Part shown: positions 11,453 to 24,775 of the stretch, piece after piece
Layout of the letters: the number at the start of each line of letters is the position of its first letter
Position numbering within the stretch: the stretch's first letter is position 1
NCBI GenBank assembly: GCA_034780895.1
Contig: JAUZTB010000062.1
Span: 16,992,978 to 17,056,977 of the forward strand
Direction of reading: 5' to 3'
From: Rhynchobatus australiae
Lineage: Eukaryota
Length of the DNA stretch: 64,000 nucleotides
Program-made: the position numbers and the translations under genes
The notes under the pieces: generated by a model
What the model saw: only the letters and a program-made list of their open reading frames with translations
Database searches by the model: none
Told to the model about the DNA's origin: nothing

Positions 11453-11912
11453 TTTTCTTACAAATATCCTAAGTGTCTGTACCATTGCAATAAAAAAATA
11501 CAGATGGTCAATTAAAATGTAAATCTTAGCTCAAAAACAATGCTGTATTTCTAATACCAATCCAAAGCCAGGATAGCATGGCCTTGAAATTTGCTTTGAG
11601 ATATGGTACAAAGCACACAATATAGGAGCTAACATAAGGACCTTTCAACCCCTCGAACCTGTTCCAGCAAACAGTGTGATCATGGAGAATATGCATTTTA
11701 TTACTTGTCTTGGTTCTGTGATTCTCCTTCTGATAGTCATTTCCATTGAAGTTAAAGGAAACTAGCATCAGGCAGAATATTTAGCACTTGTACAGTGGAA
11801 AATGAATTTCTACCTCACAAGATGAATTTTTTTGAATGCGAGAGCTAATTACATTGGTTAGATATTACATGAAAAAATATCTTTTTATCCATTCTAACAA
11901 AAAGGATAATGG

Positions 11913-12011
11913 GATTGCATTTTGTATCACCTTTACAATTTCAGGATGTCTCAAAAGTCTTTACAGCTAAATAAGTCCTTCTAAAGTAGAATCACTGTTG
12001 TAATGTAGAAA
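11913..12011 (-). mobile_element. 3' tail of a DeuSINE (SacSINE1/AmnSINE1-like)
   Basis: Minus strand tttctacattacaacagtgattctactttagaaggacttatttagctgtaaagacttttgagacatcctgaaattgtaaaggtgatacaaaatgcaa matches the remembered tail pattern. Confidence 0.55.
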
Positions 12012-12699
12012 TTACTCTTGAAATGGTTACAAGAAAGACACTTGACTTCAGTCTGAGCTTTGACAATGGATTGTTTTGTTTGCCATTATCTACAACAGAT
12101 AGAAAACTGCTAGAGAGCAAATAATTTTATATTAGTGGCTGATCTTTCAGCCTACACATACTTAGTTCCATCCAGTCGTTTTTATAAATACGTGCTTTAA
12201 TTTTAATACAATCAATTTGCAGTTACTTACAATGATAATTCTCCATATGTAGCCATGTATCATGGATTATTACAAAGCATCTTCTTGATTCCAGGTCAAA
12301 CATACTGATCTGGTCAATAACTGTTGAATTGGCATTTCTGAATGATCAAACACTGTATCTGCTTCATTAACCCTTTGAAGCTGAATAATCTTGTCAGATT
12401 CTGTGGAAGTCCAAAAAATAGGATGGTTGTCATTCAATTCCAAAGAAATATTCTGATATTCTGTTGAGTGGAATGGCAATGTCACGGGGAGATCTAAAGT
12501 ATGACTTTAAGTAAATGGAAGAAGGCATTCCGTTCTAGTACTATTTTGCTAAATTAATTTCTTAAGGTTAAAGAAATCTGTAAGGATTATAAAAACAGTC
12601 AGACATTCGGTTTTGTTTTGTTTTGTTTTTGCCTGACACTTTACATGTGGATGGTGACTGAAATGAGAAACTACAAATAATTTGGGTGTATGGAATTAA

Positions 12700-12766
12700 C
12701 CAGAAAATATTGAAGATACTTGACAGATCAAACAATATCTGTGGAGAGAGAAACAGTGTTAATGTC
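12700..12766 (-). mobile_element. Eroded single arm of the Penelope-derived family
   Basis: cagaaaatattgaagatacttgacagatcaaacaatatctgtggagagagaaacagtgttaatgt aligns with the arms at 21307 and 40440. Confidence 0.5.
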
Positions 12767-13730
12767 ACAATATTTTTCTTTTGGATCTAATTATTTGAGT
12801 TATTATAAAGTATGTCCTTTCATTCTTTCCCATTGTTAAGTTATGATGTTAAATACATTGTGTGCGTAAAACATCATTTCTCCGTAGGTTGTACCCAGCG
12901 ATCTGGTCTTTCATAATGCACTGAAAACCAATATTAGTCCCTTCTCAACCTCATCAACTATCTCCTACTAGCTCTTCCGTCTGCTTCCTTCCCTACTCTC
13001 TTGATTGACTCTGTCCTGACTCCCAACCACAATCCAACTTTCCTGGACTAACCTGAGGGCCGTTATCAATGACAACACAGTACAAATTGCAGTCCTTCTC
13101 AGATATCTGGAACATCCCAGTCTCCTGTAAATGGAGTTCAATATCAGAGTACCTTGGCATGCCCATTATCTCAACTGATGTTGTACTCTTGAGCCAAAAT
13201 GTTTAGCTTCAAGTTACCTACANNNNNNNNNNNNNNNNNNNNNNNNNNNNNNNNNNNNNNNNNNNNNNNNNNNNNNNNNNNNNNNNNNNNNNNNNNNNNN
13301 NNNNNNNNNNNNNNNNNNNNNNCAAGTTACCTACATTGTTAGCCAGCTTCATTTTTAGAATTTGCTACAGAGGATTTATTTAGTTATGCACTTCTTTTCT
13401 GAAGGAATCACATGCATGGCAATGTAAAGGATGGTACCATAAATTTGCTTGTTGTGCTGAGGCTGACAATTTCTGCCCTCCAGTAAAGTGAGAGCATTCC
13501 TGATCATGATAATTGTTAGTTTATTTACAGCATCTATTTAAGTATGGAAATCAAAATGTAAATTCCTATCACTAGCTTTAGGGCTAGATGATAGTTAACC
13601 CCCTGAACTCTCCAGAGATTCGAGACTAATGAATTGATCTAATCTATCTTTCTTCCTTTAGCTTGTTCCACGACCTGCAAGATCAAACAATTTACAGAAA
13701 GCACTTCTATACTGGACAAAAGGATAGTTT

Positions 13731-14597
13731 TGGCACAAAAATTGTGGAAAGCAAGGAAGGTTGTCCAAGTGCATAGCAGAATGTAGATTAAATGGAAAGT
13801 TGGGTGGAATGTTGACCAATGTAATTTTTAGTCTGATAAATGCAATGTGATGCGTTTTGAGAAGTCAAATAGGTGTGGAACATAAACAATGAATGGTGAG
13901 GACCTAAGGAATGTTGATGAACAAAGGAACATTGAGTTTTGAGTCCATAGTTCAAGTGGAAACACAGGTAGATAGGGTGGTGAAGTAAGTATATGGCATA
14001 CTTTCCTTCATAGGTCATAGAATATAAAAGTTGGCAGTTCATGTTGGAACTTTACAAAGCACTGGTTAGACTGCACTTGGAGTACCGTGTGCAGTTCTAG
14101 ATGTCACACCAGAGGTAGAATGTGGTTGTGCTGGAGACAGTACAGATGAGAGATACCAGGATGTTGCCTGGAATGGAGGAGTTTAGTTACAGGAGAGATT
14201 AGATAGGATGGGTTTATTTTCCCTGGAGTGGAGGATGCTGAGAGGTGACCTGATAGAAGATTATGANNNNNNNNNNNNNNNNNNNNNNNNNNNNNNNNNN
14301 NNNNNNNNNNNNNNNNNNNNNNNNNNNNNNNNNNNNNNNNNNNNNNNNNNNNNNNNNNNNNNNNNNNNNNNNNNNNNNNNNNNNNNNNNNNNNNNNNNNN
14401 NNNNNNNNNNNNNNNNNNNNNNNNNNNNNNNNNNNNNNNNNNNNNNNNNNNNNNNNNNNNNNNNNNNNNNNNNNNNNNNNNNNNNNNNNNNNNNNNNNNN
14501 NNNNNNNNNNNNNNNNNNNNNNNGGGTTTGGTGTAAATCAGCATGGATATGTTGAGCCAAAGGGTCTGTGTTTGTGCTGAACAACTCAGTGACTCTG
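13731..14597 (+). mobile_element. CR1/HER1-like LINE 3' part, gapped
   Basis: gttagactgcacttggagtaccgtgtgcagttc (VRPHLEYCVQF-like), GLFSLEWRMLRGDLIE, tail gagccaaagggtctgtgtttgtgctg. Confidence 0.85.
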
Positions 14598-16111
14598 TAA
14601 CATTTCAAGAGGCAGCTGGATCCAGGCTGTAATAATTTATGGCTGTGTGTCGGGATTGCACATTCGAGTTTTACAAGCCTCAACAAGATAACAGGTAGAC
14701 CTGGATGTAATTTTAACAGATGGGGTGCCACATAATTCTGCTCTTGAACACTTTGCCAGAAGAATAAAATATTTTACAGGTATGACAGTGTAACACCCCA
14801 ATCCATTCACTTAACTGTATAATGCTGAATTATTGGATATCTTTACTGCTTTGCAACAACAAAGCAGGTTCTTGAGTTATTGGATTCAATTAGCATAGCG
14901 CTCAAAGGAACTATGATCATCCAAGGAAACGTAGTTTTCCTTTGCTGTTAGGTATTCAATAATTTTTATCATGTTAATGAAAGTTTCATGTTTTAAACTC
15001 TATGTTTATATGTGTCACATGTGCAGGGTAGTTGAATAAATCAGTTGCTCATTTTTCAGCTGCTCTCTGTGTTATTCTGGTGCTACTTTGTATGGTCTCC
15101 ATTGTTCAGGTCTAGGGACAGAAGATGAACTCAGAAAAGGCAAAGTCGTTCAGTCTGTTGACAAGCTTAATTGAGCAGTTCAAGGACTGAGACCAGATGC
15201 CTACAACCAATTATTTCAATCTTGCACAAAGATTAGTTTAAGTCCATAGGAAACACAGTGCAGAGAGTAACAACAGTAATCAGACAAAAATCACAGGAGG
15301 AATTGTGACACAGTACAATTGACACAGTACAAAGTCGAAATGACTACTTAAAGAAGCCTTGGTGCATACATAGTGTATGTAAGCCTTTCACACATAGAAT
15401 GCTTAGAAAGATTCTTTTATATAACAATTGATGATGATAGTGTGAATGTGCCTGTGCAAGGCAGTAATACACTGGAGTGCAAGAAAGCCATTCTAACTGA
15501 AACAGGTTTTAAAATAGACTTTATATCAGCAAATCATTAAATGCCAAAGAGAAAGCAAAAAAATAGTTTGTTGCCGGAGTAGCATGAAGGTTACAGGATC
15601 ACACCAACCCTAAACTCCAATCTCCTTAGAGATTGTGGAGAGCTAGATATTTGGAGCTAGGAATCAGAAATCAGCCAAGACTGTCTGTGAGTATATTGTC
15701 TNNNNNNNNNNNNNNNNNNNNNNNNNNNNNNNNNNNNNNNNNNNNNNNNNNNNNNNNNNNNNNNNNNNNNNNNNNNNNNNNNNNNNNNNNNNNNNNNNNN
15801 NCTGTGAGTATATTGTCTCATTGAAGGATCTGTCACTTTGGCACTTTCTTACACCGCATGCTGTGTGACAAATGTGCTTCTCGTTTAGTCAATGAGCAAA
15901 TCCAATCAGTGTTAAAGACAGTTTCAAATTTGACCTTGGATACAAAATTACTACATTTGTGGAGGTTGTATTGAGGAATACTAAATAATTTTGTTCATTT
16001 GTAGGTATAAATGTTATTATAGTTCACTGTCATAGGACTTGTAGGTGAGACACCATAAATGTTGCTAAACATGCACATATGCCAATTTAACATGGCAAAA
16101 TAAAAGGACAT

Positions 16112-16364
16112 TGTAGCAACTAGCTACACTGAATAAGGACACGAGACACTTGTTCAAAGTCCAAGAGTCGAATGAACGACTGGGGTGCGCTGCCCCTTTA
16201 ATAAACACAGTTCCCGTGCTGACATCACGTGCGGGTCATGTGACCTTCCCGCACGCGGGCTCCACTAGCCCAACGAAGAAGGAGTACCCCGCGCCATCTT
16301 GTGTCAGGGCCTCCGACGACGCTCGCGATCATGGGAGCTGGTTCGTGAACGGTAAGTCGCCACA
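16112..16364 (-). mobile_element. Young solo LTR (Ty3/Gypsy-like), 253 bp
   Basis: TGTAGCAACT...AGTCGCCACA imperfect inverted termini; exact 4-bp TSD ACAT (16108-16111, 16365-16368); CpG-rich. Strand inferred only from a TATA-like tattaaagggg on the minus strand. Confidence 0.8.
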
Positions 16365-18660
16365 ACATATATCCTCGACATGCAAGTTTAAAGCCAAGGT
16401 GGTGAATCAGAGCAACTATATTAGTGTGAGTTCTTCACAGAAGGGATGTTTTCATGAAATGAAGCCACACAGAGGAAGATGAAACAATACTAAATCCAGG
16501 GTGAGAAATGGAATATTGGGCTTATGTAACATTACAGCACTGGTCAAGACAAAGTATGTTTAATGGTCAGTGCCAAGAAGGTTTGCTAAATCTCTGTCAA
16601 GCTGCAGTGATCTTGGAGTTTGTGCATTGTTTTGCCTTTATATTTGTGATTAATGTCATAGATTTACTGCTGAGCAAGATGTCAACATAACTGTTTTCTT
16701 TATTGCCACACCTGGGATGCTGGGCAAGTTCAGAACTATATACAATATTCTCAAAGAGGGAATACAAGCACTTGTCTCAAAATTGAATTCAGAGCATTCT
16801 TGATGCTTTGTGGATTACCAAGAAAATCATAAAATTGAGACATCCTTATCTTGAAAAGATTGTTATTATGGTTTTACTCCTGTTGGAAGTATAAAATCAG
16901 AACTATGTGGTTAATTGGACAGGCACCACATCAGTCATGGGAAGTAAGTCAATGCTCTGAAAGAGCTCGTTCCATAGCAGCTACACATCTTGGGTAAAGA
17001 CCATGGCTAACAGTGGGGGATTGTGGAAAACAGGGACGAGGGAAGAAAATGGGAGGAGAGGTGAGTAGTGGTATGTAGGGCCCCTCCCTATGGACATAAA
17101 GTGGATTGATTGTATCCTGAGTCATAAGTGGCTGCATGTCAACATGGAAAACAGTAGCATCAGGGACACGGATCAGGGCATGAGTGACCAGAAGATCTCA
17201 AGATGCTTCAATCTATGATTAGCATTGCCTGCAATGAGGTTTTTAATACACTTAAATGAATTGTGTGAAGGATTAATAAATAAGTTCAATGTTCGAATGT
17301 GGAAGTGCAAGATTCACTATTTTCAATGTGATGTACTTCTTGTTTTATTGAGAGTGAACACTCGAATTGTAAACTTGTGAACAAATTTCTGTAGACAAGT
17401 AGCTAATGGGGACCATGCATGTTGATGATATCATCATATGCACGGAAAATGATGGAGAATGATTCCTGCATTGTGGTAAATGCCTAGTCCAATTTACTGA
17501 TTGGTAGGACCAAATGAAATGGTTGCATCCACTTGAAAATAAGAGAAAATGCTATTTTTCACAACAGCATTTAATAGGAATAAATTGGTACAATTTCTTA
17601 AAATGTTTCTTTAAAGGAAAATACAAAAGCAAGAACACAATAATAGTGTTCCAATGACCTGATCTGATTATGATCTGAAAGTATAATCAAGAGGATGGAA
17701 AAGGACAGCTATTTTTAGTTAATTTTGATGATAACCTTTTGAATTCAGTCCTATATAAAAGAATCTGGGATGATAGCACATCTGGGACCAGACCCTGTTT
17801 GGTCTTGTTGCTCCTGTCAGAAGCATTCTCTTGAAACATATGATGAAAATATTAGCAGTGAAGGTACTTAAGAGCCATGCGTATGAGCCAAGCACCTCTA
17901 CAACCTTCCTTTGCTGTTACCTTATGTACGGTTGAAGGGTGAAGGCAGAATTGCCCTTCTCAGGGTTACATTCCAATGTTCACACTGGCTAATTGCTAAT
18001 TCAGGAAAGATATATCAAATAGAAAGATAAAGGAGACAATCCAAGAAGTGCTGATCTAACACAACAAGTATCAGTGCGTTGACATGACAGCAACACTTTC
18101 ACCCAAGAGAATAACTTACCAAATACTTTTAATTCTCAAGACCAATGATTTTGTTGTGTCCCTTCGAAGAATTTCACAATATATTGTAGAACATTACCTT
18201 TAAAATTTATTTGCAACCTTTTCTTGTTCTGGTTCTGCAACATTCTCTTCAGATAAGAAAGTGATATGCACACGCACTGTCCTTCATGTAGAATAGAAAC
18301 ATTGTGGTATGGCTTTAGAATCTAATACACACTGGACTGCTGGTTGTTGTTCATCAATTGCCTGGGGTGTTATCTTCCACAATACTGAAAGATTGGTTAT
18401 GAAATGTGGCAAGATTTGCTTTGACTATTCAGTGAGTTACAGCCATAGATGTTGAATTGATATAAATAGCTGGATGGTTGGCTGGCATCATGAATTTAGG
18501 GATTCCAAGTGTGAAATATGCAAAAACATCTTATTTTAAGGTTATTTACATCTGGACTAGGGCAGCCAAGATTTAAATGATATTAGAGTGTAGACAGAGG
18601 AAATAGTGGACATTGACACAGATTCGAATTCATTTGAATTAGATTCATATATTGAAATTA

Positions 18661-18720
18661 GGGCAGCACAGTGGTGCAGCTGGTAAAGCTGCTGCCTCAT
18701 AGCACCAGAGACCTGAGTTC
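18661..18720 (+). mobile_element. tRNA-derived SINE head (HE1/V-SINE-like)
   Basis: gggcagcacagtggtgcagctggtaaagctgctgcctcatagcaccagagacctgagttc: A box tggtgcagctgg and start of B box gagttc. Confidence 0.7.
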
Positions 18721-21194
18721 TCTGGAGGTCAGTGGTAGAATCATGGGGGAGATGAGGAAAATATGGGAAGAATAAGTAAAAGTGATTGATCTAGGATAAC
18801 TATAAATTNNNNNNNNNNNNNNNNNNNNNNNNNNNNNNNNNNNNNNNNNNNNNNNNNNNNNNNNNNNNNNNNNNNNNNNNNNNNNNNNNNNNNNNNNNNN
18901 NNNNNNNNNNNNNNNNNNNNNNNNNNNNNNNNNNNNNNNNNNNNNNNNNNTTTATAACTTTATGACTCTGGTTTGTGAGCTGTAGATTTGTTTGATTGAA
19001 AATGCTTTCCAAGATCTTTTATTTTTTGATGATTCCACAGCTTTCTCAGAGCCTGGCTACCTGACCTGTCTCTATATGTTGGCTGTGGATCGAGTCAAGT
19101 GTATATTCTGTAAAATACTTGGGTTCAGATCACATTGGGCTGTGATGTGCTGAACTAGCTCAGAACTTTATCCAATTCAAACCATGCATCCACTGTTCCT
19201 GATCAATATTTGGTGATTTATCCTCAGACATACCAATCTTTTCTCCTCCTTGACAGACCCACAGGATTGAGAATGACATTCTCTGAGCTTTCAAACTTAC
19301 TGACACATTGGAATGAGAAGAAAGTGGGATCTGCTGTGGGCCATTGGTTGGGACCACAGATTGTATACCATCATGAAGCAAATGTAAGACAAGATAGTAG
19401 TATGGAGTTGTTATATTTACAGTGGTTAGGTATGGATAAAGTTATAGTTCCTTGGGCTTGGTTTAAGTTGGATTGGTCATAGTTGGTCAGGTTTTAATTT
19501 TATACTGAAGCAGACCACCAGATATCCAGTCATCTTATTGGTGCAATGTGAAAATCCTGAATGAGGAATTTCAATTGACATCTTGATTTTAAGGCAAGGA
19601 TGTGGTCCCCAGATCATGAAAGTGGCGTTATGTGAACAGTAAGTTTGAAAGCTCAGAATTTTACCCAACTAAGGGGCCAGTGCAGATTGGTGCCAAACAA
19701 GGCTGTGTCATGTCCCAACACCATCTTCAAGCTTCTCAGCATTGTTCTGTATCTCTAATAAACTTCCCATTGGAGTGGAACTAATCTACAGGATTGGTTT
19801 TCATTTCAGCTTCAAAGACAGTGAAGTAATCCTCCACAATGGTAACCCACAATATTCCATGCTGGACAAAAGAGTAAACAATGAAACTGAACNNNNNNNN
19901 NNGAACCAGTTACATATGCTAAAATGCGTTGGAGGATATTTTCAGTGCAAAGTAATCTTAGAGCAATTCTAAGTTGCACTTTTGTTACTTGGGCTGTTTC
20001 AAAGAAGTAGTAAGAATGTTTGAGTTTCTGACTGCAAATTTCTGCTGTGGAGTTCATCAAGCAGAATGAGCAAATAATCCTGAGAAAATGGGTTGCACCA
20101 TGTGCTCACCTCAGATTTGGTGCAACATTGCTTTTCCTCAGTATTTTGTTAACTTGTACAAATGTAATGATATATGAGGACTCTTGAATAGTGAAAAAGA
20201 GCCAAATATGTAGTCTCATCCATTTATGTATTAACATTCCAACTGATTTCCAGACTTATGGAAGGATACAAAATGCTACACCACAAAATGATTATTTTAA
20301 CTCCTACAGAGACCAAATAACAGAGGATAATGTCCTTCTACACTCTGAGATCCGTACCAACAGGGGCCTTTTTGAAAAGTTGTTTTTTTCTCCACAGGTG
20401 CCCAAGGGCTGCCTGGCAATGCCATTGATTGTATGTGAGGATGGTTATTTTAATTTCACACCAATTTGCAGAGCAAACTGAGATTAAAATGAAAAGAAAC
20501 CGACAAAATGAAAATAAAATGAAATACTCCAGCCAGAAAAACTGACTCCCCTCATTTTGAAAGAAATTATAAAAATGTTTAATCAGTGATGTGTTGAGTA
20601 AACTTCACTTTGACATTGAGAACAATCACCTTACCAGGAGCTGCTGCAAATCAGCAGAGCAAATCTTCCAAAACTTTGTCATTACCTCATATAAGGTAAA
20701 AAGAAAAGCTCTGCCTAAGTTTCAGGAACAAATATTTTCTGAGGAATGCAGAATCAAGTATGTAGTTCAATAACATCAAGCAAATATTCTGATAATTTTG
20801 AGCTAAACATGAGTCATTAATGATAACATGTATCTGAGGTTCTGGCACCATCAGATCTCTGCAACTTTCTTGGGNNNNNNNNNNNNNNNNNNNNNNNNNN
20901 NNNNNNNNNNNNNNNNNNNNNNNNNNNNNNNNNNNNNNNNNNNNNNNNNNNNNNNNNNNNNNNNNNNNNNNNNNNNNNNNNNNNNNNNNNNNNNNNNNNN
21001 NNNNNNNNNNNNNNNNNNNNNNNNNNNNNNNNNNNNNNNNNNNNNNNNNNNNNNNNNNNNNNNNNNNNNNNNNNNNNNNNNNNNNNNNNNNNNNNNNNNN
21101 NNNNNNNNNNNNNNNNNNNNNNNNNNNNNNNNNNNNNNNNNNNNNNNNNNNNNNNNNNNNNNNNNNNNNNNNNNNNNNNNNNNNNNNNNNNNNN

Positions 21195-21285
21195 CAATAT
21201 TCTGCTTTCCTATTCTTTCTTGAAAAGTGGATAAATCTCACTGTCCTGCATGTTATTCCATCTACCACATTCTTGCCTAATCAAT
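21195..21285 (-). mobile_element. CR1-like LINE fragment abutting a gap
   Basis: Minus strand reads IHFSRKNRKAEY (like IHFGRKNRKAEY). Confidence 0.6.
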
Positions 21286-21306
21286 CAACAAGTACATCCA
21301 TTTGAG

Positions 21307-21484
21307 GCAGAAAATGCTGTAAACACTCACCAGGTCAGATGGCATCTGTGGAAAGAAAAACAGTCAATGTTTTAGGTCTGGGACCCTTTATCAGAACTGA
21401 TCAGACCAATTGTTTCTCTATCCACGGATGTTGACTTACCTACTAAGAGTCTCCAGCATTTCAGATTTCCAGCATCTACAGTTT
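21307..21484. mobile_element. Palindromic Penelope-derived element with degenerate hammerhead core
   Basis: Inverted arms; minus 21394-21363 reads CTGATAA AGGGTC CCA GACCT AAAA CA TT GAC. Confidence 0.65.
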
Positions 21485-21604
21485 ATTTTCAACCATTTAA
21501 ACACCTTCCATACAACTTACTTCCCACGTATTTTGTAACAACTATTTCTACGTACTTGTAAATTGCAAATGAGCTTCATTTAAGATTTTGTATTTGCACA
21601 TGTA

Positions 21605-21850
21605 TCATAGAATCGTACAGCATGGAAACAGGCCATTTAGGCCAACGTCCACACTGACCGGTGGGTACCCTTTCATATTAATCCCATCGCTGAGGACTTG
21701 GTCCGTAGCCCTCTATGCCAGAGTGATTCAAATGCTCATCTAGATACTTTATAAATGCTGTTGGTGACCCAGCTTTAACCATTCTCCCAGGCAGTGTGTT
21801 CCAGGTACTTAAAACTCTCTGGGTGAAGAAGGTCCTCTTCGTATTCCCTA
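21605..21850 (-). mobile_element. CR1/HER1-like LINE 3' end
   Basis: RTFFTQRVLSTWNTLPGRMVKAGS..AFIKYLDEHL...GIEGYGP plus tail ctgtacgattctatga. Confidence 0.85.
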
Positions 21851-23122
21851 TGTAGATTAAATCCTTCATACAATAACTATGGACCAGTTATTTCTGTTCT
21901 ATAAAAAATACCCAGTTTTTCTGTGCTCAGCAAACTACACCATGTGCTCAAACTGCACCATGTGCTCAAACTTTTCAAAAGAGGATGCTCCATGGCATCC
22001 TCATCACTCACCCCTTATTATAGCAATCAGCTGTAGAAATGAAACTAACTGAAAGTCACCAGCAGCCCACTGGAAAAAGCAACCCTCCTAAATCATTCAG
22101 CTTTGTCACTCTGCCAAGTGTGCTGCAACTGCGTTGATAAATAGAATAAAAGTCCCATACTTTTCATGGGTATTGGTTGGTGCAGTGGGTTAGAACAGAC
22201 TCCTGCTTTCTCTGTGACCTCAATTTAACATCCTTAGAAAGGGTTTCAAAGGTCTCAGCGCAGTTTCTAGTAATCATAAAGCTGTACATTGAAAAAAAGA
22301 AAAAATATTGGAACTGTTTGTACCAATTCAGAATTTCTGCACAAACATGGCATAACAAGAGAGGATATAGAGAAAAGAAAAACTTCTGTTAAGTACAATG
22401 CATGGAATCTTTACGTTAAATTTTGACAAAATGACTGTGCAGTTTATATTTTAAAAGATATACACTGCATTTTAGTTGTAATCTGAAGCTATATGGGATC
22501 ATTTATCATAGGAAATAGTCAAACTTCCCTAAACTGTAATTGCTCACTGTAAGAAGTACAGCCTCCCTGTACAAAGTTCAGTTTTAAAGCTAACTATATT
22601 AAAATAATGGTTAATATAGCTGAGTTGCATCACCTTCCTGGAAAAACAATGACAATATCTTGTCATAACAGTATCAGATTGATCATCCTTCTACACACAG
22701 TTATTAATATACTGTTTAGCACACTGCCAATTTGTGAAAGTAAAACAATGCATTGTATTAATTGCCACTTTAGAATTCTATGCCCATGTATCCAGAAGTT
22801 ATCAAGTACAGAATAAACAAATTATTTATCCATCAATTATGTCAGCATTATTTTTCATATTTATCTTCAGTCTTACCTGTGAGAGATGGGTTTTGGAAGA
22901 ATTCTTACTTGATTTGTTTTAAATTCAAATTATCAACAAACATTCCTCACTCACAACAAAACTAAATTAGCACTCAGGAGAAGAGCTACATTTGTGGCCT
23001 TGGCTTCAACCGAAAATGTATGGCCTTGAAATGTGATAGTTTAGCACCTGACCTGTGGGTGCAAAATGGGCAATTGGAGATTCATTTTGGCATGTGGCAC
23101 AGGTAAACCTGTATTGCATTTG

Positions 23123-23784
23123 AAGGACGACACCCTTCCAGAAGACATTATTGATGGAAAGGGTGAGCAGCTTCAAGTTCCTGGATCTAACTCAGAAGAT
23201 CTATCCTGAGCCCAGCACATTGATGCAATCATGAAGAAGACACGCCAGTGGCTCGATTTCATTAGGAGTTTGAGGAGATTTGGTAAGTCACCAAAGACAC
23301 TTGCAAATTTCTGCAGATGTACGGTGGAGAGCATTCCGACTGGTTGCATCACTTCCAATGCACAGAACCGAAAGAGCTGCAGAGAGTTGAAGACTCAGCC
23401 AGCTCCATCACAGACACAACCCTCCCTGTCATTGAGGACATCTTCAAGAGGNNNNNNNNNNNNNNNNNNNNNNNNNNNNNNNNNNNNNNNNNNNNNNNNN
23501 NNNNNNNNNNNNNNNNNNNNNNNNNNNNNNNNNNNNNNNNNNNNNNNNNNNNNNNNNNNGGTACAGGAGCCTGAAGACCCACACTCAATGATTTAGGAAC
23601 AGCCTCTTCCCCTCCACCATCAGATTTCTGAATGGTCAGTGAACACTACTTCATTATTCCTCTTTTGCACTATTTACTTATTTTGTATCTTGTCATAAAT
23701 TTTATGTCTTACATTGTACTGCTGCCACAAAACAACAAATTTCATGACATAGGTCAGTGATAATAAACCTTATTCTGATTCTGA
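23123..23784 (+). mobile_element. Rex1/Babar-like LINE 3' part, second subfamily
   Basis: FKFLG...LS*AQHIDAIMKKTRQWLDFIRSLRRFGKSPKTLANFCRCTVESIPTGCIT; different 3' UTR ending aataaaccttattctgattctga. Confidence 0.8.
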
Positions 23785-23789
23785 CATTA

Positions 23790-24775
23790 CCTAAAATTGC
23801 CCAGGAAAGACTATTGGGTAAAGTTCATGCTCCTGAAATTGAAGGCAAATGATTGATCTGGCTCAGATATTGACTGCAGTGGTTGGGATAATTGGCACAT
23901 CCTGAATTTGATAGTGTAGGACGAGTGGTGTCTTCCAGGAATCTGTCACAGGGTCACAACCATAACAGCTCAGATGAAGAGTTAGAAAGCCATGTGTCCA
24001 AGTTTGGCTCTGACACAAAATGGGCAGCACTGAAAGCAGTAAAGACAGAAGTATTCAATTACAAAAAACTGCTAATAATGAGACAAAGTGAGCAAAACTA
24101 AGCCAAAAGTGAGGTCACTGGATTTGAACCTAACAAGTTGGAGGGGACATTCCATTGTAAAAGGTGAAAAGCATGAAGGAGTGAAGGATAATGTACCTCA
24201 TTATTGACATGTTATAGTAGCTTCTAAAAATAATTAGGAAGGCTAATGGAATGCTGGCCTTTTTGCCAGGAAAAGTGGAACACAAGGGTTAAAATTCATT
24301 CCACAGCTGTACAAAGCCATGGTCAGACCACATCTGGAGAACTAGGAATGGTTCTAGGCACAATTCTCAGGCCTGGAGAGAATGCATTACCTGAACTCCA
24401 TAATTATGAGAAATTTCTATAGAAATTACAAACATAGTTCCTAAAATTTAGAAGGCGAAGAGATAATGATCAAAATTTCCAAGATATTAAGGGGAATGTT
24501 CAAGTTGATGGAGAAGATGTCTATTGTTTGAGGGAGTGTGTGACTCAGAGAGTAAAGTCTAAGTATTAGAACTAAGACTTCAAGATATTAGAAAATGCTA
24601 TTTGGAACCTTATTTTGCAAATGAGAGCTGATGCTAGATTACTTGTTGTCTTTAATTCTGAGAATGATAGATAGGATGCAAAATTAAATAAAGGGAGTTA
24701 AGTCACAGATCAACCATGATTTCAATGAATGAAAGAAGCTCAAGAGACTGAATATCTAAACTTGTTCCAATACTC
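23790..24775 (+). mobile_element. Highly eroded CR1-like LINE
   Basis: gtccaagtttggctctgacacaaaa (SKFADDTK-like), ggaaggctaatggaatgctggcc (KANGMLA), ggtcagaccacatctggag (VRPHLE). Confidence 0.7.

Noticed and set aside
18661-18720. tRNA gene
   Set aside because: No cloverleaf or acceptor stem; it is a truncated tRNA-derived SINE head
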